Assembly: GCA_951406725.2 (NCBI GenBank) | Contig: OX597818.1 | Location: forward strand, 38,006,001-38,070,000 | Length of the DNA: 64,000 bases | Reading direction: 5' to 3' | Origin: Octopus vulgaris | Lineage: Eukaryota | Shown here: piece after piece, positions 49,441 through 61,743 of the stretch | How positions within the stretch are numbered: position 1 is the first letter of the stretch | How the letters are laid out: each line of letters opens with the position of its first letter | The notes under the pieces: model-generated | The model's input: the letters and a program-made list of their open reading frames with translations, nothing else | Database searches by the model: none | What the model was told of the DNA's origin: nothing | Program-made: the position numbers and the translations under genes

Positions 49441-49962
49441 CCATAAATCCCCAAGTATAGTTCGCCCTTGGGTAAAATCGCAGGGGATTTTTAGGGGGCT
49501 GTACCTCTGAAAAACCTAAACCTTGTGTATAATACACACCACTTCTCTAACTTGAGTCGTGCGTAATTAAGCCAGCAGCACCTAGTCGAACAAACACTTC
49601 CGCGCATGCATAATACAATAATGGTGATGTTCTCAACTGTTATATGGGAATGTAAATATGTTTGCAAAAATTGTTTTTGTTACATGTTATTCTGTGTTCT
49701 GAATACTTCTATTTTAATAAATGTTGCTTACTGCAAGTTACGGATGATTATTTTATGACTTCATTGCTTTCAGGCTTAGCTTAAGGTATTTTCGCACCCA
49801 ACATCACAAAATGCATCTGAATAAACATTGCCAGACAACAAATAGAGACTCGGACATTGCTTAGAAAATATTTTTCATTTTTAACCTCGTATATAGTACT
49901 CACTAGGGATTTTGACCTTTAAATTTTGGAGAGAAAGTGAGGATTATACTCAAGGATTTATG
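49441..49962. mobile_element. Tc2/pogo-type MITE, second copy, right TIR interrupted
   Basis: Colinear with 44314-44827; left ta|ccataaatccccaagtata. Confidence 0.82.
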
Positions 49963-50365
49963 TCCCCAAAGTCCATCCCCTCCTCACCGTGGTGGGGACG
50001 CTGGCAATGGGTAGTGTCAGAGGTATGCCGTCAGGAACTTTGGTTCCTGGTAGGGCCACCCAAGGCAGATTGGTCTGACACCAAGTGGTATTAGGGCCAC
50101 AACCCAGCAGACGGGGCTCTGGTGAAAATCCTTGGAGTGTCTGTTTCAGCAACCGGCGGCTCCTCGGTTGTTCTGTCCCTGCGTCTGCAGACAATCTGCG
50201 GCAAACAGGATGTCTCTACTTGCGGGATTCTTGGGGACCGCTTGCGAAATCCACATATTCCCACGAAACTTCTTCCAACTTCTTCAAGATGCTTCGAGGG
50301 TGGTAGAAGAAGCTGACTCAACCCGCCCAGGGTGAATGTCACCACAAGTACAAGTAAAGTAAGTA
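49963..50365 (+). mobile_element. Short GC-rich non-autonomous retroposon with (CAAGTA)n tail, probably RTE-derived
   Basis: GC/CpG-rich, tail cacaagtacaagtaaagtaagta, inserted in the MITE TIR; ggtagggccacccaaggcagattggtc resembles RTE 5' UTR sequence. Confidence 0.55.
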
Positions 50366-50894
50366 TTTACAGTACTTTGAAATTTCGAATACATTCACAT
50401 TTTTCTAACATGAATTTATTCTCCAAAAAAAAAAAATACCATATCAACTTATAATCACATAACTTATGAAGTAGGAATGATTGCTATTTTCTTCAAAATC
50501 AACTACAGTAAGAAGGGGGACATATTTTGCAAAGGGAAACAACTCGATAGTTTTAGTAATGATTGAACACTTGACCATGTATGTAACCGCATGAATTGCT
50601 TGAGGTAAAACAAAATCACCATATTGAGCTTTTGCAGGGCCCACGAAATTTGTTGCAGGAAAACTTGGAAGAAACTATGACATGAGTTGCTGAAGTGAAC
50701 AGCATATTAACATATGTGATGACAGAAAGAGAAGAAACTTGAGAGCCAATACGAATACCAGTGCCTATATGCACTTATAGATCTGAGGGGAAGTGTCAGT
50801 GCTCCAGCATGGCCACAGTCAAATGACTGAAACAAGTAAAAGTAAAAGTACACACACACATACTCATACACATTACACCGCACACACACACAAA

Positions 50895-51305
50895 GTAAAT
50901 TCTACTATATGGCTCAGAAACCTGGACGTTATCAAAGAAGCTTGAGAGGCGGTTGGATGGAACTTACACTCGCCTCCTTATGAGAGCTCAAAATCTCTCG
51001 TGGAAGCGTCATCCAACCAAAGTACAAATATATGGGAAACTATCACCTGTATCATCTCTTGTGAAAGGTAGAAGAGTCCAGTTTGCTGGACATTGTTGTA
51101 GAGCTGAAAATGAGGTAATTTCTGTTCTTCTCCTCTGGAAGCCATCTACTCGCAATACCAGAGAGCGCACACTCTCCTACCCTGATGTAATCTCCAGGGA
51201 TACAGGCATCCAGCAACAGGACCTCTGTAATGCTATGATGAACCGTGAAGTCTGGTGTAGCATAGTAAATTCCACTGTCTCGACCACGGTCAAACAATGA
51301 TGATG
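50895..51305 (+). mobile_element. RTE-group LINE 3' fragment
   Basis: ILLYGSETWTLSKKLERRLDGTYTRLL..RRVQFAGHCCR..MMNREVW, followed by a tgatgatga tail. Confidence 0.85.
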
Positions 51306-51423
51306 AAAGGCATATAGAAGCACATGAATTCACCCAGCCACACACAGATATACAGAAAGCCACATAAATGCACGCATCTAAACTCAAAATGCAATGTAAT
51401 AAATGCTTATAGCAGATACTTAC

Positions 51424-51549
51424 ATTTGTAGTAACCAAACTGTAAATAGTTATACAATTCTGGGAAGAAGTCTTTTACTTTCTCACCATGAAGTATGCTT
51501 AGCTTTCCTTCACATTTATTCTGGCATTTTAAAACACTGATAAAGTGCT
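51424..51549 (-). CDS. Leprecan/CRTAP-like exon: (E)HFISVLKCQNKCEGKLSILHGEKVKDFFPELYNYLQFGYYK
   Basis: Acceptor tcttatttcag| at 51550, donor |gtaagt at 51423; 126 nt, phase 1 to 1; CxxxC and YxYLQFxYYK motifs. Not in the ORF track. Confidence 0.95.
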
Positions 51550-52539
51550 CTGAAATAAGATAAACAATATGAAGGTAGAGATTTATTCTTTATTTTCGTC
51601 CATTTGTTAAAGATATAATTTTTTGAGACTTTCCCAACTTCTTAATCTCTAACATTTCTTCAGATTTTGGCATTCAAAAATAAATAAATAATTTTTTTTT
51701 TTTTACTACCTGCAAGGGGCTAAAAACACAGATGACAAACAAGGACAGACAAACGGATTAAGTCGATTATATCGACCCCAGTGCATAACTGGTACATTAT
51801 TTAATCGACCCCGAAAGGATGAAAGGCAAAGTCGACCTCGGCGGAACTTGAACTCAGAACGTAAAGACAGACGAAATACCGCTGAGCATTTTGCCCGGCA
51901 TGCTAACGATTCTGCCAGCTCGCTGCCATCAATAAATAAATAAATATTTTTTCTCAATACAATCTTGCAACTAATTATGTTTAAATCAGACACTTTGATT
52001 TACACTTCTCACATGTAATGGCGCCTTCATATTCAAAAAAAAAAAATTAAACTAAACACCACTTTTTACCTTATCTATTCTGAACATGAAAGAAAGACTG
52101 GAAGTGGGGAGTTAATAGATTTCTTTTTCTTTTTTTTTTTTTTTGTGAAAAAGCACACAATTTGAATCCTAAGGTTTATATTTGTGGATGCAACAGATAC
52201 AAAGCAGATGCCTTTTTGTTTTTAGTCAAGCCCTCATCGACCTTTTCAAGTTTCACTTGAAAAGTAATGTGAGGGTGGAAACGAAAGCACTCTCCTCTGG
52301 TGAACTTATCAAGAGGTGAATGACTGCAGTAAAAATAGTAAACATTTTATTTCATTTTCCCCACTCCACCTCACCTAATTTTATGTAAACCCCTACACAA
52401 ATTGTAACCCGTCTTTGTAATTTCCTCATTTGATGCCCCTCTGGCAAACAAAACAGACCAGCAATGTCCTTCCATCCATCTTCTCCACCCCTGATACCTG
52501 GGAGCATCATAACAGTACAGTCCTCAGGCACCTCCTCCA

Positions 52540-52765
52540 CAGGGGCCTATCAAAAGCATCCACCATAAGACTTTCTGACCAGACTCTTAAGTGTAATCAA
52601 CTGCAACCAAGTCAATGGATATTACCCATCCATCTCATTTTTGGTCTATCCCTAGATCTTCTGCCAGTTGGCTTGGCTTGAAGAATCCATCTCGTAATTC
52701 TTCCCTGAAACATCCTTATCACATGCCCATAGTAACAAAGCTGTGACCTCTCAATGTGGAGAAGC
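52540..52765 (-). mobile_element. RTE LINE C-terminal fragment
   Basis: QLCYYGHVIRM...PTGRRSRDRPKMRW. Confidence 0.75.
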
Positions 52766-52791
52766 TTTATTATTATAATTAAGCTGGTATA

Positions 52792-53757
52792 AGGTGGCAA
52801 GCTGGCAGGATTCGTAGCACACAGGTGAAATGCTTAGCATCATTTTGGCTGTCTTTACATTCTGAGTTCAAATTCTACCAAGGTTGACTTAGCCTTTATC
52901 CTCTCAGGGTCAATAAATTAAGTACAAGTTGAGTACTGGGGTCAAAATACTTGACTATCCTGCTCCCCTAAATTTCAGACCTTATACCTATGATAGAAAG
53001 GATTTTTTTTTTCTAACATAGCCATAAGGTCACAAATTTGTGGAAGAGGCATGGCTGATTTAACTAATCTCAGTACTAAACTATTCCTCATTTTATCAAC
53101 AGCAGATAGATAGGAACTAATACTGAATCTGGTGGAATTTAAAGATAAAGAGATGTACCACAAACTTTTTTTTTATCAGCTATTTGTCTTTACATTCTGA
53201 GTTCAAATTCTGCCAAGGTCTTTCATCATTTTGGAGTTGATAAATTAAGTACCAGTCGATGCAATCGACTATCTCCCTCCACCAAATTTCAGGCCTTGTG
53301 CTTTTAGAAGAAAGGATCATTATGGCAATAAATTGAGTGTATTATTAGGGCATCATGAAAAATGCTTAGCAGCATTATGTTGTGAGTTCAAATTTCACCA
53401 AAGTCAGCTTTGCCTTTCATCCTTTTGGGGTTGATAAATTAAGTACCAGTCGAGTACTGGGGTTGATGTAGTCAACTGTCCTCCTCCCCAAAATTTCCAG
53501 GCCTTGTGCCTATAGTAGAAAGGATTATTAAGACAACAACCAGGCAGAATCATTAGCAGTCTGGGCAAAATACTTAATGGCATTTCATCCGTCCTTATGT
53601 TTGGTGTTCAAATTCCACTGAAGCTGACTTTGCCTTTCACCCTTTCAGGGTTGATAAAATAAGCACCAGCTGAGCACTGGGTCAATGTAATTGACTTCAA
53701 CCCCACACCAGAAATTTATGACCTTGTGCCAAAATTTGAAATCATTATTATCATTAC

Positions 53758-53797
<40 letters not shown>

Positions 53798-54010
53798 GCG
53801 AGCTGGCAGGATTGTTAACACACCAGGTGAAATGCCTAGCAGCATTTTGTCCATCTTCATGTTCTGAGTTCAAATTCTGCTGAGATTGGCTTTGCTTTTC
53901 ATCCTAATAAGTACCAGTAGAACACTGGGGTCAATGTAATTGACTTGTCCCCTCTCACAAAATTTCAGGCCTTGTGCCTTTAGTAGAAAAGATTATTATT
54001 ATTATTGCCC
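52792..54010 (+). mobile_element. Cluster of about five same-orientation SINE copies separated by ATT-rich spacers
   Basis: Repeated gagttcaaattc..gcctttcatcc..aagtaccag..ggccttgtgcc units. Confidence 0.85.
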
Positions 54011-54089
54011 TTGTGGCCAATAAAACCAGAATTTTTTTTATTATTTTTATTATTATTATTATTAAGAAAACAGTGAAGACCCTACAGAC

Positions 54090-54261
54090 CTGATATTGCA
54101 TTGATAAACTCTGGGAAACTTTCATGATCATAAGGACCTTCACAGAGGATTCGGCATTCTTCCTCTTCTTTGATAAACTCATTGATAGCTTCCTCTATTA
54201 ATTTTACACCTTCTTTCCATTCTCCATTACGTTGATTTTCTTGGCCTTCGATGAAAGCAGC
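54090..54261 (-). CDS. Leprecan/CRTAP-like exon: AAFIEGQENQRNGEWKEGVKLIEEAINEFIKEEEECRILCEGPYDHESFPEFINAIS
   Basis: Acceptor tttttattttcag| at 54262, donor CAG|gtctgt at 54089; 172 nt, phase 0 to 1; ECRxLCEGPY motif. Confidence 0.93.
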
Positions 54262-54377
54262 CTGAAAATAAAAATTTCAAATTATAAGAAATAGCAGCCA
54301 AATCTCTCTCAAAGCATGCTCTATTGTTCTATGATAAGCCACAGCACACAACAATATCTTTTTGTGAATGTTTTTCA

Positions 54378-55017
54378 CCCTTTTGTTACCATATTTCAGT
54401 TGATATTCATTGATTCTGTATCAATAAATTTTGAAAATAACAAAGAATTTAGTAAATATCTTTATTTTTAAGAAGCTCCCATGCTGGTAGCATGTAAAAA
54501 GCACTATCCAAACATGATAGATGCCAGGCCTGCCTGACTGGCTCCTGTGCTGGTGGCATGTAAAAAGCACAGAGTGGTTGGCATTAGGAAAGGCATCCAG
54601 CTGTAGAAAAATTGCCAGATCAGATTGGAGTCTGAAGCAGCCATTGACTCTCCAGATCTTCATGAAACCGTCCAACTCATCAGACGTTAAACAATGATGA
54701 TGATGATGACAATGATGATGATGACAATGATGATGACAATGACAATGATGATGACAATGACAATGATGATGATGATGATGACAACAACGATGATGATGAC
54801 GATGACAATGATGACAATGACAATGATGATGATGATGATAACAACGATGATGATGACGATGACAATGATGATGATGACGACGATGATGACAATGATGATG
54901 ACGATGACAATGATGATGATGATGATGACGACGATGATGATGACAATGATGATGATGATGACGACGATGATGATGATGACAATGATGATGATGATGACAA
55001 TGATGATGATGATGACA

Positions 55018-55051
<34 letters not shown>

Positions 55052-55202
55052 CAATGATGATGATGATGATGATGACAATGGTGATGACAATGATGATGAA
55101 GCTGATGTTTGAAACAACATAAAATTTTCGAATTTTGATCAAAAGATTTTAATTTAGATAAAAAACCAAATATAGTTCTCAGAAAAGTTGACATCAAAAG
55201 AG
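54378..55202 (+). mobile_element. piggyBac-type MITE split by a (GAT)n-tailed element
   Basis: Left cccttttgttacc, right aaaagag|ttaa; homologous to 16251-16470 on both sides of the insertion. Confidence 0.6.
54693..55098. repeat. ~400 bp (GAT/GAC/AAT)n trinucleotide expansion, the tail of the preceding retroelement
   Basis: Direct reading; source of the poly-H/S/I/M ORFs. Confidence 0.97.
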
Positions 55203-58200
55203 TTAAAAGCATCAAGGAACAAATGAGAACCAGTACTAAACTCTGATTTCACAAAATTAAACTGGTGAGATAAATCTTCTCCTTGCAGAAGATACCATTC
55301 TATCTGGGACAACAATGCCGCTTCTTAACAACAGTTGAAGATTTAAAAAAAAAAAACTAAAATAGAAAAGTAAATAAATAAATAAGTGACAAACAATGTT
55401 TAATGTCATGTTTACCAAAGATGATTTAAACCAGCTACATCTGCAAAGTAGCTTCACTACAATCTAAAATTCTTTCAAGATTTGTACCTCATTTTGTTGG
55501 CACTGATAATTACTGCCATCTGCTTCAACTTAGAGCATATTTATTCATTCAGAGATAGTAAAACGTTCTCTTCTAAGTGTTCTGATTCTCAACTGCTTTC
55601 TTAATCTAAGTGAAGCCAGATTACTGTCGAGCTTTATACATAAAATCTGACAATTATTTGTGGCTGATGTTGTAATCTTTATCATAATTATTATGTTTAT
55701 TATTAAGATGGTGAGCTGGCAGAATGATTATTGTGTTGGACAAAATGCTTAGCAACATTTCTTCTAGCTTTACGTTCTGAGTTCAAGTTCTGCTTTCATC
55801 CTTTTGGGGTTGATAAAATAAGTATATGTAATCAACTTAACCCCTCCCCCCAAATTGCTGGCATTGTGCCAAAATTTGAAAAGGCAGTGAGCTGGCAGAA
55901 TCATTAGCACACTGGGAAAAATGCTTAGTGGTATTTTGTCTGTCCTCACTTTCTAGGTTCAAATTCTGCCACGGTTGACTTTGCCTTTCATCCATTCACA
56001 ATCCTAATGTACATAGGCAATGGTTAAACAAGGGCCAGCTTCTAAAACTTGTAACCAAACATAGGCATTTCAAACACAAGATGATGCTCTGTGTCCAGTG
56101 GAATTATGAGGGGATGATTTTTTCTTTCCAATAAAATTTGCGAATTTCATAACTCTGCGAGTTTGTTAATTCCTCGGCAGTTTGTTAATTCCTCGTGAGT
56201 TTGTTAATTCATTGTCACCACTGTTATAATCCTTTATTTCAGATTGTTATAATACTCACTCTAGTATAACAGTATAGTTAGTAAGACAAGTAAGACCATG
56301 ACTATCTATGACTGTCTACTTCATACTCCTTCCTTTTACTGACCGACATCACCTTATTTATAGTGACTAGCACATACCACTTGACATGTTGGAGGGATGT
56401 ACCATTATTATTATTATCCCCACAACAGAAAGGTGGCTTCAGATGGTACAACACAATGGCCTTCACTTTGAATGCTAGGCTGCTTTTGATGTAACTTGAT
56501 GAATAAAGCAAATAAGCTACCAAAATATTGTAAAACTTTTGACTCAACAAAATACTCTACTTTTATGTGGCACTGGCATGGATGCTTTTACACGGCAGCA
56601 ATAGGGTGCTTTCTGCATGGCACCGGTATGAGCTATGTAAAAAAATGGATAGATAAGAGGGAAAGGGATGTCAGAATGAAAGATGTCAGTAGAATACAAT
56701 GTGGAATGTCTCAGTTACATAATGGTTTAATAACTTAAGATAAATGTATGTCAGTAGACCAGTATTATCAGAGAGAATCTCTTTATGCTTAAATCTTATC
56801 TTTGAAAATATGTTTATTAGACCTATCTGCACCTGGGTGTGATGGTGGGAAAGAAGGGGGGGCAGAGACAGACTGACTGACAGGCATATATAAAAGAAAA
56901 GATGGAGAAATAGCGAAGGATGAAGTGCAATAGACCAATATGATGAAGAGAGTTTCAAGAAGACAGATAGATCATACAGGCTGATAAACAAATATAAGTA
57001 GACAGATAGACAGGTAAGTACAGACAAAGAAACTGACAGAACAACAGACAAATAGGTAGAGAAAGGGGCAGAAGATAGGAGATAACTGGGTATACAGATA
57101 TATATAGAGAGAATGTGCCATAAAGAGAAACAAGACAAATACTTGTAATATATAAGATTCTAGTATGATAATAGTGCAAGTGTATATCTATCTTGGTATA
57201 AGCTACAGAATCATTGTTGAAATAATTCTCCAAAGGGCCATGGGCTGTTTCACTAGGGAAATAAAGACAGTCAGTTGCAGCAATAAAATGTCAAATATAT
57301 TAAGTGTCTGTTCGCATCATAATAGATTGAAGAGTAAGTCAATTTAAGCAAAAGATAAGTTATTACAGTGTCAGGAGGAAGATTACACTACTGAAAACAT
57401 TGTCAAGCACTAAATCTATTGACAGGAGAACTGAAAACGAAGTTGGCAGTGGTAACTCAAATGATAATAATGTTATGAAAATACATCCAACACACACACA
57501 CACATAACAATTATTATCATTGCTTTAACATCCACTTTCCATGTTTGCACGGGCCAGATGGAATTTATTGAGGCAGAGACAGCTTGTGACAAAAGTTGCA
57601 GAGTCCATATCTTGTTTGTATATTTCGAAGCCTGGTGCAGCCATCTGGTTTGCCAGCCCTCAGTCATTCGTCCAACCCATGCTAGCATGGAAAGCAGACG
57701 TTAAACGATGATGATGATGATGATTTTAGGCATTTTTTTACTTTTTTACAAATGGATGTCCTTTGTTACACCAAACATTTTACAGTGCACTGGGCGTATT
57801 TTATGTCACTGATGCTATAAAAGTTGTTAAATGCTTGGATGATAAAAAGTCCCATTATCCTGTATCAGAGTAGAAGGGTAGCCACCAATGTGGCTTTGCA
57901 GATGCCATATTATACATCTATGGTTCCATTAGTGTAGGGGATCTTGATGACACTAGGCTACTGAATTGAGGGGGCATGGTAGTGATGGACTGATGCAGCC
58001 TGATGTATGTGGATAGATGTAGAAGAAAAAGATAAAGCTACCTTCTCAAGTCATACTGACACATAAGGGCCAGTTTCTCGGTTTGTCTGGCATATAAATT
58101 CCCCACCTGGACGGGATGCCAGTCCGCCACAGGATTACTCATTTTAGCCAGCTGAGTGAACTGGAGCAATGTGAAATGAAGTGTTTTGCTCAAGAACACA

Positions 58201-59629
58201 ACATGTCACCCACTCCAGGAATCAAAACCACAATCTTACAATCATGAGTCCAACACCTTAACACTGGCTCGGGAATTAAATTTGTTTAGGGGGCGACTAA
58301 AAAGTCCCAATATCCTGTATTTATGTTCTTTGAGAAGAAACCTAATTCAAGCTACTTTTTTAAAGATCACTTTTTACTCACTGTTTTCTAAACCTGGAAA
58401 AACTAAATAGGGGTGTAAATTTTGATTTTGCACCCCACAAAAATTGTAAGGGGTGCAAGCTCACTCCCTGCACCCCCTGTTCCCCAGCTCATGCACCTCC
58501 ACTCTGATTAGATCTGGGGTGAAAGGATTGCAAAGATGTTGTGAGTAGCTTAGAGTGGGGCTGTTCTCATAGTACTACACCAAGGATCATAACAAGAAGT
58601 GTTCTATAACTCCAATTTCAGTATTAAAGGCTAAAATTGATGCTCTCTCAGAGTGAGACAACTGCAAGAGAAATTTTTAGCAAAGAATATGTCTCTCTAC
58701 TAAGTGCTTAATGATCAGGAGAAGGCATTTGACAAGGTACCACAATTTGTAGCCTGGTAGTCTTTAAGAAAACTGGTCATAGATGAATAAATAAGAACAA
58801 GATGGTAAAAATTCAGGAAGTTATTACTTATGTGAGCAACAAAAGGGTTCTCTCTTCAAGTAAAAGGAAGCAGATTGTATGTTGTCTGTGTACAAAGTGT
58901 GACATTGTGTAATAGAGAAATGTTGGATGCAGAGAATGTGCAAAAGTTAGTGAAATGAAACAAGCATGCTCCACTGGATGAATAGTGTTAGTATGTATGA
59001 GTGATGTGGTACAGATAAACTTAAAGATAAACTTCTCTTTTTTAGTAAATATAAGTTCTATGTCATGAACCTGCATAATAATAGTTAGCAAGTGAATGTA
59101 ATGATGCAAAAAGTACTTTTGTATACAGCGTAATTGCATCATTTTGACATTCATTGTAGTCAAATCCAGATCACAAAAATTGACTGATACAGCCAGATCA
59201 GTTTTGCACATTATATGAATATTTTTCACTAAGGAAGTTGGCTTCCATTGAATTGTTCAAGTTCTGAACTAAAACATCACCCTACCATCACTTGTTAGGT
59301 TCTCCTAACCATATTTATTACTAACTAACCGGTGATTAACCCACTTTGGCACTTTCTACTAAAAATAAAATAATAAGCCACAGCTATGACATGAAGCCTC
59401 CTTTAGTCAATAAATAAATAGATACAATATTATTTCATTTCTAGAATTATACTCCCAGAGGATAAAAATAAATATCAATTGGAATGGTACTTTTACTACC
59501 ATTTTACATGTTTGCTTATTCTAAAACCTTTTTGTGGCACATGGCCACTTGTTAGTTCCTCTCCCTCTCTCAGCTGAGATATCCTTGTCTTGCAAGGTAC
59601 TTGGTGCCTCTGTGGGTACTTGTGCCTCA

Positions 59630-60086
59630 TAAAAAGCTCCTGTGATGGCACCACATAAAAAACACCCATGATGGCACCACATAAAAAGCACCCATGCCAC
59701 TGCCACATAGAAAGCACTTGTGCCAGTGGCACATAATGAGCACCCATGCTAACACCATGTAAAAAAGCACCTGTACCTTCACCATGTAAAAGGCAACCAT
59801 GCTGGCACCACATAAAAGAACACCTATGCCAACACTGCACAAAGAAGTATCAGTACTGGTGCCACAAAAAGCAACCATGCTGGTGTCATGTAAAAATCAC
59901 CCATACCACATAAAAAGTACCTGTGCCAGCACCATATAAAAATCACCCAGTGAAACTCTGTAAAGTGGTTGGCATTAGGCAGGGCATCCATGCCAGAACA
60001 GATGGCTGGAGCTTGATGTAGCCCTCTTGCTTGCCAGCTCCTGTCAAACTGTTCAATGCATGGAAAACTGATGTATGATGATGATG
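59630..60086 (+). mobile_element. (GAT)n-tailed element with an expanded ~25 bp tandem array
   Basis: About 12 degenerate ggcaccacataaaaagcacccatg units followed by the family 3' end. Confidence 0.75.
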
Positions 60087-61743
60087 TATATTTTCACTTG
60101 TATGCATTTTTTGTTTATTTTGAACTCTGACTTAGTTTGACACAAGAAAATATATCACTTAATTATTATATTATTTTTCTATATATATAATTTTGGTTTT
60201 TTTTTTAAATATCTAAATTTCAAAGAGTACTATTTCATTTTTCAACTAATTTGTTTCTTGTCTTTCATCCAATTTGCTTTTTCTATGAATAAGTCTTTGA
60301 TTAATGTATCTTTCAGCTAAGAAGCTTTTAACCATTGTGTTTTTTGACAAAAGTGTTTTCAGTAAATGTTCCTGGACCCATCAAACTACACTAAACTTAA
60401 GTGAAACACAATAATCTATTAAACTGAATAGGGTCCTTAAAAAAATTCACCCACTGCTTCACACAATATTTTCTACAAACAACACATACACAATGCAAAA
60501 AAAAAAAAACACATACACATATTCACACAACACACACAATACAAACACATACTCACAGAACACACACACACAATGACACGTACACACATTTGGGAGCCAT
60601 TGTTAATGAAATAGAAAACCATATTGCATTGTTGTACTATGTAATTGGCATTTAGTTACATGACTCCTATTAGTAATAGTGTTTATTTTTGAAACTGTTA
60701 CTGTTTTTCTATAAACTTCAGTGTTACTATTTAGCAATTCCTTTCTTCAACTGAAACAAAATTGTGAAATTAATACCACTTCAAAAACTATGCAGATATC
60801 AAAACATTGGACATTGCAAGGAAAATCGCGAATGAGGAATTCAATTATAGAATGACATATATGAAGCTTAATGTGCTTACATCAGAAACTAAAATTATTT
60901 TAAGAAAAAATCTAGAAACCAAGAAAACTAGCAATAATCTGCATCATCAAAATAAAACAAAAGAAAAATGAAATAAAATAAAATCATTTGTGAATTTAAA
61001 ATGTCAAAATTCACTTCTCATTCACACATAAACTTATTTTATTAAATTTATTAAAATAATTCTAATTCTTTACAGTCTTAAAAATCATATTTTCTAAAAT
61101 TGTTTAGTACTATTTTCTATTTAAAATAATGACTAAAAATATAAAAAACTAACTTAAAAAGGATTTTAATTTCTCATATGCTCAAGGCTTTATTTTAATA
61201 TTTTTTTGTACAGAGAAATGCATATTTATTTGTTGGCATAAAAGATGCAACCCTAATTGAAGCAGCAAATATTCATTGAAAAAGACTTTAGAACATTAAA
61301 GCTTGTGGGAGGTCCAGTTTTCACATACAGAACCCAAGTTGATTTTTTTGAGACATTTCTTTCAAAAGAAAAAAACATTTTATATACCATCAAACATAGT
61401 ACATATTTAGTTGTACATAGGCTGCATTCCAAATTTGTCATGGAACAGCTGGTATAAAGCTTTTAAAATCAAAATGAAAGCTGAAAATAAATGGAACTTT
61501 TCAATTTAAGCAACATGAATATTTTTACTAGCGAAGTGTGATAATTCATTGAGTTGCCATGTTGAGCACATTTATGAACAAAATGAATTCCTAAAATTAT
61601 TATGGAATAGCCCTTACACATCCCATACATACTGTAAAGTATATTGGAATATCAAAGAAGCCATATAACAAAATTAAATAGAAATCAGTAAAGCACATAT
61701 AAAAGATTATTAATTCACAAATATGTACAAACTTAAAATCAGT

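Larger units (their letters stand above)
238..54261 (-). other. Partial gene model: leprecan family (prolyl 3-hydroxylase / CRTAP-like) gene, 7 internal coding exons; 5' and 3' ends outside the window
   Basis: Seven GT-AG bounded exons (172,126,134,105,198,54,145 nt) with matching phases (0-1,1-1,1-0,0-0,0-0,0-0,0-1) splice into a stop-free frame containing CRILCEG, CQNKCE, YNYLQFGYYK, PRPEA and RLVVDGFVGDEQCQEM, all leprecan-family motifs. Orthology (P3H1/2/3 vs CRTAP/P3H4) cannot be settled by eye. Confidence 0.9.

Noticed and set aside
50444-50644. 66 aa minus-strand ORF in non-repetitive sequence
   Set aside because: No recognisable motif, no convincing splice sites, and the flanking exons already join in phase without it.
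54421-55215. 264 aa His/Cys-rich ORF and overlapping poly-Ser/Ile/Met ORFs
   Set aside because: Translations of a (GAT/GAC/AAT)n tail expansion; no splice or homology support.
59630-59950. CRISPR-like array of ~25 bp repeats (also 460-830 and 27480-27570)
   Set aside because: Degenerate head-to-tail units with no unique spacers and no cas genes; they are the internal tandem repeat of the (GAT)n-tailed retroelement in eukaryotic DNA.
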